Shown here: piece by piece, positions 21,840-33,240 of the stretch
Layout: the number at the start of each line of letters is the position of its first letter
How positions within the stretch are numbered: the first letter of the stretch is position 1
Assembly (NCBI GenBank): GCA_002633005.1
Contig: NMRA01000008.1
Location: forward strand, 1,032,880-1,068,523
DNA from: Phoronis australis
Lineage: Eukaryota > Animalia > Phoronida
Length of the DNA: 35,644 bases
Direction of reading: 5' to 3'
Notes under the pieces: generated by a model
Database searches by the model: none
Told to the model about the DNA's origin: nothing
The model's input: the letters and a program-made list of their open reading frames with translations, nothing else
Position numbers and translations under genes: made by a program

Positions 21840-24065
21840 GGTGACATGGCTTGCAGCCGTGCCAACTGAATCTGAGATTGCGTGAAAAGGGTGCTTCTAT
21901 GAGAGGAAGTAAGCACGACCTTATACAAAGGTAAGGTTTGTGATTATTTTAACGATTGTTCCATGGTTATTCTACCGATGCCTGTTAACTGAGGTACTCG
22001 CCGATGTCGACTTCGCGGCAGTCTCGAGTCGGGTTAATCTTTGTTTGTTATTATATGTGATACGATACTTGACGTAGCAATCGGGATCTTTTCGTACATC
22101 AAAGCATATTTTTGTTTGGAATGATTTTTAACAGTTTATCAGTGACAGTTATATCAATCAATGCTGAGTGTTTATGCTGTCAACTTGATACAGGTTGATG
22201 AGTTAAGATTACAATCCAAGCCCACTGGCAAGCGGGGTACATGACAAATATCCATTGCATTAGACTATTTGTTTACTCCCTATCATATGTCTTCTGGAAA
22301 TCTATTACACGTTGAAATGGAAATCTATCACGTCTGTTTTCATGACGTAACCTTTGGTTTTTAGGTTTGAGGGCTTGTACCGTTCAGAGGAGATATGCAT
22401 CGCTTCTGCACCGTCCCTGAATGGACAGAAATTGGTTTTTAGCATTTGACTGCAGCTAACCAACAAGATCTTCCCATCCAGTGCAGATCTTTTGTCAAAG
22501 TCTACTTTCAATATTGGAGGCAACGAACAAAGCCTTTGAAAAGGAACAGCTGTAAGTCATTTTGTTAATTTACTTATTCAGGTCCTTAGCGGGGGATTGG
22601 CATGGGGGGTTGGGGTTGTAATATTTGGTACAACTGAATGTGTGGAAATAACAGGTAATACATGTTTGGGGAAAAGAGCATTTTGAGGTAATTCTTATCC
22701 TTCATGAAGTCCCTTCAAGTTGATTTCTTGAAACTGTTTTGCTACTTGTATCAATTGTAAACCCATGAAAATATATTACATTTTCTGAATTCACAGTGAC
22801 TGAATAGTCTTAACTCATGCCTTGAAATGTTTGAAGTCCTTATAAATTCAAATGACTGCCATTTTTGTGAAAATTGCATGTTTGATCGTGCCTTACGATT
22901 TGTAATTACTCTTAAACAACAGAAAGATTAATCATCATTTTTAAATGACCCAAGTCTTCATATCTTCTATTAGAAAAAAATTAAAAGTGTGAGAAACGGT
23001 TCCCTAAACCTTAGACTAGACGTATTCTTGACCGACCCATGAATCGGAGTTGAAAATTGCTGAAAGTATCAAAATTAAAAAGGATTGAAAATGGATAACA
23101 AAGGTTTGAAATTGTCTAAAAAAACTTGTATATTTTGCAGACAAGTGATGCGTTTAAAGAATTGTTATGGCTAGGAATAAAAATAAAGACACAGTGTTAT
23201 GCAATACTTATTATATAGACCCTTGTCTTCTGAACATAGTAATTATTTTATTTTATGTGAAACTGTAGAGAAGTCACCATATATTTTTGAAAAACAGGGA
23301 TAACATTTTTTACCCAATCCGGAGTACTTAATTATTCACATTTCAATATTTGTTCCAGGTTCAGTGACATTTTAAAGCCACTTCAAGCTGTATCACAGAC
23401 AAGCTTTGTTACTCCGTTCTCTTCCCACAGCACTTCCACTAACCATGGCACAATGTACAAGTCAGTGGCCCTGGAGAAATGTGAATCCAGTACTAAGTTA
23501 CCATAAGACAATGTGCCATTGGACTGTCTGTGTATTCAGACGAACTATATCTGACTGCTACACAAGTAAGCCTTGTTGGTGAGGATGCCCTTTCATAGGC
23601 AATGAGTCATGTGTGGACAATAGCTTATTTCCCTTCCTGGAAGAAACATGAGGGACTGAAGCTAAAGAAGACCTAGTGACACTCTGGTCTACTTCAAGGG
23701 TCTGATTTTGGGCTCAAAACGATTCAAGTGATATGCTGCTGTGTTTACCTTCAAGGGTCTAATTGTGGATGTTATTGAGGCTGAATGAGGTTACATGAAA
23801 GAAAGCCACCTTTTTTACAAGCGCTTCTATAGGACATTGAAACTAGACCCCAATGAAATGAAAGCCAAAAGCCTGAGTGAATTAAATTTTCCTTTCAAGC
23901 GAAAGGCTTTATACTATTGGTAAAGCCTTTTCAATTTGGTGCACATTATGGGGAAATGACATTCAGTGACTGCATCGATTGTCTTATTGTATGTTTTCAA
24001 TTGTAGCTAGCTGGATAAGAATCTGCTATGCACAAGATTCGAGAATAAACAATTAACAGTGTATT
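21840..24065 (+). ncRNA. Candidate spliced lncRNA or small-ORF gene (exons ~21840-21930, 22365-22551, 23359 or 23431 to ~24065)
   Basis: Donor AAG|GTAAGG (21930/21931), acceptor TTTTTAG|G (22364/22365), donor CT|GTAAGT (22551/22552), acceptors TTGTTCCAG|G (23358/23359) and TTCTCTTCCCACAG| (23430/23431), AATAAA near 24043. The middle exon has stops in all three frames. Inferred from splice signals only. Confidence 0.35.
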
Positions 24066-24725
24066 TAAAAACAAATGGCAAATTGAAAAAGCACAGAATG
24101 GCAAATTGAAAAAGCATAGAAAGAAACAACATTGCGACAGAGTCCATAATCAGGCATATCAAGTGCTAATTTCTGAATTAGGTTCAATTCTCTCAGGTTA
24201 TTGCTGAAGGCTTGCTTTTCACTTTGTCCAAAGGTAAAATAGATGGTTGCGCGGTTGGTTTCAGTTGTTTTGTCTCACCTGTAACAGAATAGTCGGAGAA
24301 ATATTAGCAAATTGTAAAGGAAAAAACAAGACAAAACTACTTTTGTAAGGCAGAACATACATTTCATCTTCATGTTTATGTGTAGAAACTAATAACCTTT
24401 GTACCCAAGTCTTATTTAATATCTTAATTAAAATATGAAACAGTGATTTAACAATGTGTACCTTTCATGACACTTAAAATGTACTTCTGATCTCAACAAG
24501 TAGAATTCAATCTAGGTGTCATTTTTTTAATGCAATGTTATGACATTTACTGAATTAAGGCTTATTCATGTTAATTTCGATAACTGATCTGGTAGTCCTG
24601 GGGTTGGGGTCCGCGATAAAATAAGGAAACTCACTCATCTAGAGAATTTTAGTGGAAACAGCATAGTTTTGAAGAGAAACTGCTGTGAAAAAGTCACTCT
24701 TGACTTCTGTGCATCACGTACCATA

Positions 24726-25534
24726 TAGTCCGGTTACCTATTGTCGTCAGGCTCCAAAGGTCGTCCGCCATCTTGTTTCGCGTGCAGCGCAACCACGCGG
24801 GACTTAGCGTTCCAATTTGGAGTGCTCGTCTGCACGTTAGGTACTAACTTATCGGAAGAGACACGTATCAAAGTAATGAGACAAAAATCGGTGAGTTTAC
24901 CGATTGTTTTTTAAAACCACTTAAAAATCAGTAGATTTTACTAATACACTTTTTTGTGCGTTTTCAGAAGATGTTTTCGAATTTAAATTTTCTTCCGACG
25001 GGACACAAAACATGATCCAGGGTTTGTTTATGCAATGTATCTGTTTGTCCCAGGCACTAGTAGGATCTAGAAGGCCAAAGGAAAAATCCGCAGACAAATG
25101 CGATACGCTGGGTTCTTAACATTTTTGCCTCACGTTCACCATTAAACTGCATTGAAATGTTGACCAATTGGCTTTTATTGGAAACCACAGTGCAGAGCTC
25201 AACATCAAAACTTCAAATCGAGTTTATGTCAATAAAAACAGGCTGTTGCAATTTTCATTACTTCGTTGGCCTTTTTCTGCATGTTTCTCAGTTTTTACAA
25301 AAGGGGGCAGCATATGACGAACTTAGGTGTCACAATAAAATGGCTGCCGAAGGCAGTGCACATTTGAAATAACTCGGCACAAATTAAAGAAAACTTCCGA
25401 ATCGATGAATGCGGTATATCTGTGAGAGTTAAATCGAATCCTATTCAGATCATAACTTTGAAGTGGAATAATTCGGCGAGTACAACAGCAAGTCGGTTTT
25501 ATGCTTAGGCGGACGACCATTGGGTTCCCGAGTA
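24726..25534. mobile_element. Possible TA-flanked non-autonomous element with degenerate TIRs
   Basis: Left TAGTCCGGTTACCTATTGTCGTC...CCAAAGGTCGTCCGCC versus right GGCGGACGACCATTGGGTTCCCGAGTA. Confidence 0.4.
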
Positions 25535-26160
25535 TACACCTCTTATTTTGGGAGCACTCCCACCCAGGACAAAATGAATATGTGTTGCTAGCCAACACTT
25601 AGTTCCACTCAATAAACCTGTCATTCAGTGGGGTAACTGGTGGGGATAACATCACCGAACGAAGTTGATAGAAACTTGATTGCTAAAAACCTACCACTAA
25701 GTAATGTTGTGTAGTCTCCGAATGGAACTGCATAGTCATAGAGCACACACGGGGCTTCGGCATCCACACACTTTTTGTCAGTTAGTTGACCCTTTTGACC
25801 GCAATTGGCCACGAATATAGTAACCTTAGGTCTTTTGGGAATTTGTAGCCACCTGTCGAAGACTTGCACCAGGGAAATTAGCAGTAGTAAGGCTTAGCGC
25901 GACGATATATTTTGATAGCAATTCCATCTTTTACCAGTTGTTTACATGCAGACAGCCACTCATACTCACTAGTACAGCAGCGACACCCCGAGGTGAATTC
26001 TCTGAATAGCCCCATTGCAGGCGGTCTCAGTGATACCCGTTGCACCAGATGTCTGCAGGCCGCTCATATGGGCCCATTGCACTGATCACCTGGAGCCATT
26101 TTATGCTTCTCTAATATAATAGTTAAAACCGAACTGAGGAGCAAGAAACCTGACTCAAGG

Positions 26161-26225
26161 ATTTAGCAGTGGGACTCGAACCCACGACCTAGAGTAAAGA
26201 AAGCGGGCACCTATCACTCAGTGTC
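26161..26225 (-). mobile_element. Degenerate tRNA-like/SINE head
   Basis: T-arm with B box GTGGGTTCGAGTCCCAC on the minus strand. The A box is poor. Confidence 0.45.
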
Positions 26226-26827
26226 TCCTCTCAATGATGCCTGGGAAGATAAAATATTATTTGTCAACTCAACAACAAACCTACCATATTCTGAAATCAT
26301 GTGCATTACCCCGTTATTATGCAGACACGGGTCTCAAGACAGAAACCTGATAGAACCTAATTTGACAAACATTTCGCATATCTAAACTTTTATTTACCTT
26401 TGCCAGTTCCGATATCATCCTATGAAGCAAAATATGGTAGGCCTACTTGTGATTTATGCAGTTCTTTCGCAATTATTTACCAATATTTCTGGGTTTTCGC
26501 CAATCCTGACCGGTTTGCGACACGTTCAATCCATAAGCCCACTGTAGTATCCCAGAACCAGACACTACTGTAATTTCTAAAATTGTTGGCGGGGACCCCG
26601 GCTCATGAGTGTCTCATGATCAGTGGTTGGACAGTTAGGTGAAACTTTACGTATGACACAAGATGAAGGGGCTCGTGAAAGGGCATTAAAAGTAATTACC
26701 TGTTGTGGGTAGATTTATGTGCACATCAGTAATCTGGAACTGCGAATTTTGCGAAGGGCACTTGAATTTAACAGAGAATGACTTTTATAACCCATGACAA
26801 TTTTCGTGACGACTGTGAAGGTAGAAC

Positions 26828-27073
26828 CAAGGAGTGTACGAGTATTGAATAACAGATAATCGTTACCTTTCTGGATCCCTAGGAAACCTAAAAAATGACA
26901 CGTCTGAGGTTTTCGTGGATGAATTCATGAAATTTATCGCTATGCAAAATGCGTCCTTCCCCATTGTTTTGGCGCTTCCTGGTTGACAGTTGCTTGTTTA
27001 CCACTTGGCGGCGCTAGTAGTAGCGGTAACAGCGAACTCACAAGTGAACTCTCCTATACTACTACACTCCTTG
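26828..27073. mobile_element. Non-autonomous DNA transposon with 7-bp TSD (P-element-like MITE)
   Basis: TIRs CAAGGAGTGTAcgAGTAT / ATACTacTACACTCCTTG. Flanking direct repeat GTAGAAC (26821-26827, 27074-27080). Confidence 0.82.
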
Positions 27074-28193
27074 GTAGAACGTTGCAAAATTTTTCAAAGA
27101 CTTGTGTGTGTTTTGGAAACACCGTCATGCGACTGATAATGACTTGGTCATGAACACAGTCTGAGCTGATAAATATGATTGCTCAGCGGAAGTGGATGCA
27201 GAACAGGAGGAGACGCAAACACTGTGTTGGGCCGTTAACGTCACTTTACTATGCTAGTTAAAAGTTAATAATGACCCGTAAAACAGTAATTAATGTCTCA
27301 GAGTAACCTTGAAATTGTATTTCAGTCAAGGTAATGCCATAAAGGCGTGCTTTCTAGTTTAATTTGGGTGATAAGTCAACTTTAATGCGCTGATAAAGTA
27401 TTCTATAGCTCAACTGATTATAAGAAAACTTTATGCCTTTTACCCTAATGCATTTGCGCCTTCATGGACACAAATGGCGGAGAACGAAGAGTGCAACTTT
27501 CTACTAAGTAGTACATAATTCGTTAATACAGTAAGGCGGCAAAACACGACAGTGGGAGATTTTCAAGTAGCAAGATGGCAATCGATCCCGTGAGACGCTG
27601 TTTAAACTGTCAATGGTGAGTCCTTATCCGAAGCACTTTTAAAAACATTAGGCCTACCATTTCCACTCGACCTTGAATTGCTGTCGACTTTATAAGAGTA
27701 AAAACCTAATCCAATTTTCGTTTTTAATAAGCTAAACGGGACGAAATGCAGCACCAAATTTTATAAAAACGCACCACTTTTTATCTCATACACTGTTAGA
27801 CAGTCTTTTTACAAAGTCAAAATGTTCCTCTATGTCACCCTGCGGCCCGCTGCGAAGAAGAAGTACCTCTTGGAACCGCCAGGTGGTGAGGGTCCCATGC
27901 AATCAGCCTGCACTATTTGTAAGTCTCCCGTTGAATGAACTAGCCGGTACATCATTCGAGGCACGTTACGTGCTCAGCTTACTTTTATTCGAGATAATTA
28001 GCTTAGGTCAGGGCTCTTCGTCTGCGATGAGACGTACCGCGCTTTGATAGATGGACATTTCACGGCCACATTCTTTCCGAAATGGTAGGCCTACATTTTG
28101 ATTCAGATTTATTTTGGTTATAAACTCTCCAGTGTTGCAACTGCTACAGAAAACCACGTAAGACGTGAACTTTAATTTATATGTGTTTAGTTG

Positions 28194-28223
28194 AACCTAG
28201 GAACCAATGTTGGTTCCTAGGTT
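28194..28223. repeat. Perfect 14-bp inverted repeat with 2-nt spacer
   Basis: AACCTAGGAACCAA-TG-TTGGTTCCTAGGTT. Confidence 0.85.
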
Positions 28224-31200
28224 GAAAAGACTACTCTTCAGAGGGTTGTTTATATAGTTGTAATTCAATCAATAAGCCTTTTATATAAGTTAAATTTTCT
28301 GTAGCGGTTACGTTCTGGAAACAAATCACTATACGAAAGAGAGATCTTTTCATACCAGTCCCTTGCAAACTCACAACAGTTAACAGTGTAAGTTTCATCC
28401 TGCTGACTCTCAATTCTAATTTCCTGCTGCGCATTGCACGTAACCTGTCTTGAAATAGGTAATGTATTTGCATGGCACACTCTCGTAAAAAAGTGGTATT
28501 TGCACAACATGTAGGTTGTGACGGGCTGAGCTCAGTATGTATTGAACTAAAGGTTAGTGGTTGCAGGATTAGATAGAGTCTGACAGCTGTGTCAGACCCG
28601 TAGCCAGCATTGAGCGAGGGTTGGTTCGAATTTCTAACACGGCGGATCATTTGACGGTATTTCGCAATAGACGTTTAAATTGTAGATTTTCCAGTAGCGC
28701 CCTTACGCACCTTAACTCGGCGGGAGGCGGAGAATCTGTATACACAACGATGACTCGAGCTACAGTTTCCTGAGATGAGATGGAATTCGTAATCTCAGAA
28801 ATGAGGATGCCATGATGGTTGATTACTCGCAAAGACGGGCCCCAAATTCGGATGCAATTTGGTCCAGAAAAAATCTTTCGAGATCACTGAGTGTCATACA
28901 CTGCCAAGCTTGGGTGGAGTTCAGTAACGCTAAGAATTACGCTAGGACCTCGCTAAAATGTTCTTATGAGTAATTATGCCCCATCGCACACTCGGACGGA
29001 AATATTTAGTCGGATAATGTGACTTGACGAATTTTTTATCAGGTTGTACCTTTGCGTATTACTTAACTTGCTTATAGTGTTGGAAATGGGGACAGCCCAC
29101 TACTCCGAATGTTCACAACTCCGAAGGTTCACTGCTCCAAAAATATATGAATTTGTGGATTTTTAGGCTAGTTCCATATACAAAAATACACGATGTTTCA
29201 GTTGTTAGACTCCAGTGGTGTACCTATACCGAAAACAACGCCCGGGTACTAATACATTTTGTTTGAGTTTCTTGCGCATGCGAAATTGGGCTGTATCCTA
29301 TCTGTAACGGATATAGTATGATGGGACTGGACTCTTTTCCGCAGGAGGGTTCTATAGAACACCGGCCCCCCGAACCTCCCTGGCCTGTGTTACTAAAAAA
29401 TGCGTTGGGATACCAACAGTGTTGCGCTTCCTCAAGTTTCATGTGCTGTGACTTACTTCAAGTCCACCTTGTATAAAAAAGAATAATTGTGAAACGCCCT
29501 GAAAGTGAACCACAGCGGAGTTTATTTCATTTAAACTTTCATGGATAATCTTTGTCAGTTTATTTTTATTGTCAACTCATCTGTTTATAGTTCTGTAGTT
29601 GACTTTACATTTCTGTGCCCTTACTGTACAGTTATGCTATCTGATCAAATCCCAATAAATTCTATCGTCAATCAATGACACGGTTCGTGATGTTTTTACA
29701 TATTCATAAGTATCCTGGGCCCTAATGAGCTGGATTTATATTTTTGATCGACACTTCATTTCACAGGAAAAACGTACCCTAAAGTATTCCTAGGGCATCT
29801 GTTCACTTACCTTGCCTAAAATGAGCATTGGCAAACCCATTGCTATTAGAGTGATTAAATACGTCGCGTGCTATACTTATTAGCACGTCAAGAGATACCG
29901 TCATGACGACAAGGTCTAAAAATGAGCGAATTACAAGTTTTAGCAGTTAATTCCTATAATCAGGCAGCAGACGACATATGAAGCTAAATCCACATTTCCA
30001 AGAAACAATTGCCAAGGTATTGTTTATATAGTATTCAACTACTACAGAAATTTCCTTTCAAATAGCAACACTTTTGAGATTCTGTCGATTTCACTGACAT
30101 TGAAAGCGTTGAGGTCACGCCAGAAGCTTTCTAAATAGGTAGAAAGGAATGGATTTAAACTGCAATTACCAGAACGTAATTTACCCACAGATTCACCAAG
30201 TGTCGGTTTGATTATCAAGCAAATGGTTTCAAATTAATAACCCGTAATCCGGAGTGATTAGGTAGATCACTGCATACGGACAGCCGGTCAGAGCAACAAC
30301 CGATCTACTGGATGGCGAAATAGTGCCTCTTCTTATGTGCGTATTCCTTTGGTTGGCCAAATGAGTGAACACCCGTTTTGTTAGTGGTTTAAATTGTGCG
30401 TAACGTTCACCCATTTGGCTGGTGTTTGGCCAACGATATATTCGTGTATGCCAGTCGAACCAGTTACAGTAGTGAACCGCAGTGTCAAGTTTATATGGAG
30501 ATTAGTTAGGATAGAACGGACGGTAAGAAGATCAAGAACACCACCTCTACCACCACCGGCCTACCAGGTCCTGCCCTCGATCCGCGTCCACACCAACCAC
30601 AGCAAGGACAGAAGGCGAGATCCTCCGATCTCGCGAAGCTGTCTGAGGGCTTCACCCTCATCTACTCTCTCTCTCTCTCTCAGAACGGACGGTAATAATG
30701 GACATTTTGAAACACTTGGTACAAAACATACGGAGGGCGACTAAAGTTCGACGCACGCTCTTGTCAGGGGTATTTTCTAAAACCGTAGGTGAAAATTTTC
30801 TTTCGTTTGAGGAAATTAAAGTTTATAACCAGTCTTGACAAGGAGAAGGGGATCTGCCAAAAAGTACACAGTGAGCATCGGAAACTGTTGGACTTCTTAC
30901 TTCTGTCATCGCCAAAATGTCGAAGACTTAAGGCAATTTGACGCTAAGTTGTTCCGCCTTTTCATAAAAACAGGCGCCGTTTCACATAACACGTTTGTTT
31001 AAAATCGAATAATTTTTGTTTTGAAATTTCAGAGAGCGGCAGTGTATGAATTGCAACAGGACTACCTGAAACGTCTGTTCTGAATGAAGATATCTTCCGC
31101 ACGACTCAGGTCACTCACTTTCACGTCGACGACGGAACCATTCAAGAAAATAGTCTTCCCAGACCCAAAATGTTTAAATTCAAGAAAGAAATCCAGTGAC

Positions 31201-31316
31201 TGAGCTCAAATCATTAAGGGTCACGAACGATATAGCCAAAACCTGTTTAGAAAAAAATACCTGTCTCGGCAACTGAAAATCGTCTGTCACTGTCAGAGCC
31301 CAAGTCTACAAGAGTC

Positions 31317-32477
31317 ATGAACGCCAGCGCAAAGACACGAACGGTTGTCAAAGGGTTTTCCCTCGGACTGGCCTTCTTTGGAGATTTCAAAGAGTTTCGT
31401 TTCGTGATTTATGGCATCGCGTACCCAATTGCAGCGCTCCTGACTACCGTTTCCGGTATATTGATATGTTGCGTACTCTTCCGTAAGAGCATGCGCAGTT
31501 CTACGAACGTTCTTCTTACCTGCATAGCATTGGCCAATATGATGACTTGCCTGTTTTCTTTACCCGTGTTAACCTACCTGTTCTGGACTGGGGCGTACCA
31601 AGAATATATTCAAGGACGGATGTGCGAAGCTTTCCGAATTACTGTTATCGTAGCACCGCCAATCTTCCATAACATATCAATTTGGTTAACTGTTTTGTTG
31701 GCATTACATCAAGTCCTTGTTGTACGTTACCCGCTCCAGTCAAGCAGATGGATACGGCTGAAGACCACTGTCCTGACGGTTATTGTTGTTAGTTTCAGCC
31801 TCATCTGCGCGCATTTCGTTCGGCTCGTTGATTCAGAAAGCAAACCCACCCTCTTGCAATCGAAAGTGAACCCCAATTCAACAGTTGTTGGGTGCGAAGT
31901 TATCTTGTACCCCTGGGTCATGAATCCAAACATATATTTGAGCTTACATTACTGGATCAGAGCATTCTTGATGCACATGGTTCCGTTCGTGATACTTTTT
32001 ATATTGTATGTCATTCTGATACGCGCTCTGCACACCGCACAACGCACGTGCAGTAGAATGGCGGCTCGGACCAACAGCAACCGGTTTGACAGGCGCTTAC
32101 AAGCTAAAAGACGCACGACCGTCATGCTGGTAACGATCGTAACAGTGTTCCTGATGGTTGAAATTCCTGTGGGAGTTGCAATGATCATCTTCGTCTTACC
32201 TCGTACTTTTGGCATTAGTATCGTGTCTCCATTCGTTCAAACACAAATCATAACGGTTCTTGACATTCTACTGGTGTTTAGTTACCCTTCGAACTTTGTA
32301 ATCTACTGCTTCATCAGCAAAAAGTTCAGGATCCTTTTCTTGAAGACGTTTTGCTGTAAGTCGAGAAAGCGCTGGTTGAGCAATGATCGGAAATCATCTT
32401 CTTTCACTCTAAAAACAGTAGACACAGAAATTTCGACAGAGAAGTACACAAAATGCAGTAAACCAAACGACATTTGA
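31317..32477 (+). CDS. Class A GPCR, sex peptide/MIP receptor-like (FMRFamide/myosuppressin receptor-related group), single coding exon
   Basis: 386-aa ORF with seven hydrophobic segments. Family motifs MRSSTNVLL, FHNISIWLTVLLAL, RRTTVMLVTIVTVFLMVEIP, SYPSNFVIYCFISKKFR. Upstream acceptor TTTCAG| at 31032 suggests a 5'UTR intron. Confidence 0.9.
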   Translation: MNASAKTRTVVKGFSLGLAFFGDFKEFRFVIYGIAYPIAALLTTVSGILICCVLFRKSMRSSTNVLLTCIALANMMTCLFSLPVLTYLFWTGAYQEYIQGRMCEAFRITVIVAPPIFHNISIWLTVLLALHQVLVVRYPLQSSRWIRLKTTVLTVIVVSFSLICAHFVRLVDSESKPTLLQSKVNPNSTVVGCEVILYPWVMNPNIYLSLHYWIRAFLMHMVPFVILFILYVILIRALHTAQRTCSRMAARTNSNRFDRRLQAKRRTTVMLVTIVTVFLMVEIPVGVAMIIFVLPRTFGISIVSPFVQTQIITVLDILLVFSYPSNFVIYCFISKKFRILFLKTFCCKSRKRWLSNDRKSSSFTLKTVDTEISTEKYTKCSKPNDI

Positions 32478-32651
32478 ATTTACTTGTCAAAGCCCGGCCG
32501 CTGGTGCCTTCTTATTTCGACGTCATCTGGAAGGATTCACTCGTACTTGTCAGAGCAAACACGTCCAGAAGTTAATGACCACGCCGTACTGAGTTGGTGC
32601 TTTAAAAGCTAACTGTGAACCTTAATTGTTTACCAGGTTGTACTTAGGTGC

Positions 32652-33240
32652 AAATATCTTAAATTCTGTTTACTCTAACCTCTACAAAATATATATTTTC
32701 TGAAAGGTGAATAAATTTAGTAACAAAATATACCATACCTATTTACTTGTCTTTATTTTTTCACGAGATATGCGTCTTTTATTTTTTTTTTTACTTTGAA
32801 CAGAGGTTTTACAAATATTCTTCCTCCAATCATGTTGGTTTTTTGTCAACTTGTTGATAACGGCATTTTGGAAGGAACCGTGTCTCAGATTTTTGAAATA
32901 GGTACTAGTTTTTCGGAACGAAGCCTTCAAAATTCAAGAGTCGGCCGTTTCTGGGTAAAATGTTCTAAAAAGTCGGTAACTAAAAAGCTAAGACCTATTT
33001 CGAAAATCGGAGACATGGTTATCTCGAAAATGCTGTTGTGTTGACAAAAGGCCAATATGACTGGAGGAATAATATATTTAAAATCTCACTTCAAAGTCAA
33101 AAAATATTTTACTGAAACGCATATCTAATGAAAAAATAAAGACAAGTAAATAGGAATATTACTTTTTGTTAGGAAATTTATTCATCTTTCAGTCAATATA
33201 CGCTTTGTAGGGGTTAGAGCTAACAGAATTTAAGATATTT
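32652..33240. repeat. Long foldback inverted repeat downstream of the GPCR stop codon
   Basis: AAATATCTTAAATTCTGTT at 32652 mirrors AACAGAATTTAAGATATTT ending 33240. CCTATTTACTTGTCTTTATTTTTTCA mirrors TGAAAAAATAAAGACAAGTAAATAGG. Arms about 260 bp around a short spacer near 32915-32980. No TSD identified. Confidence 0.85.

Noticed and set aside
21931-23358. Box C/D snoRNAs in the introns of the candidate lncRNA
   Set aside because: I found no RTGATGA...CTGA pair with a terminal stem at suitable spacing.
28231-28832. Minus-strand ORFs 28231-28650, 28265-28510 and 28647-28832 as a gene or transposase remnant
   Set aside because: No recognisable domain or catalytic motif.
31727-32215. Antisense ORFs inside the GPCR
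   Set aside because: Shadow ORFs of a hydrophobic coding sequence.
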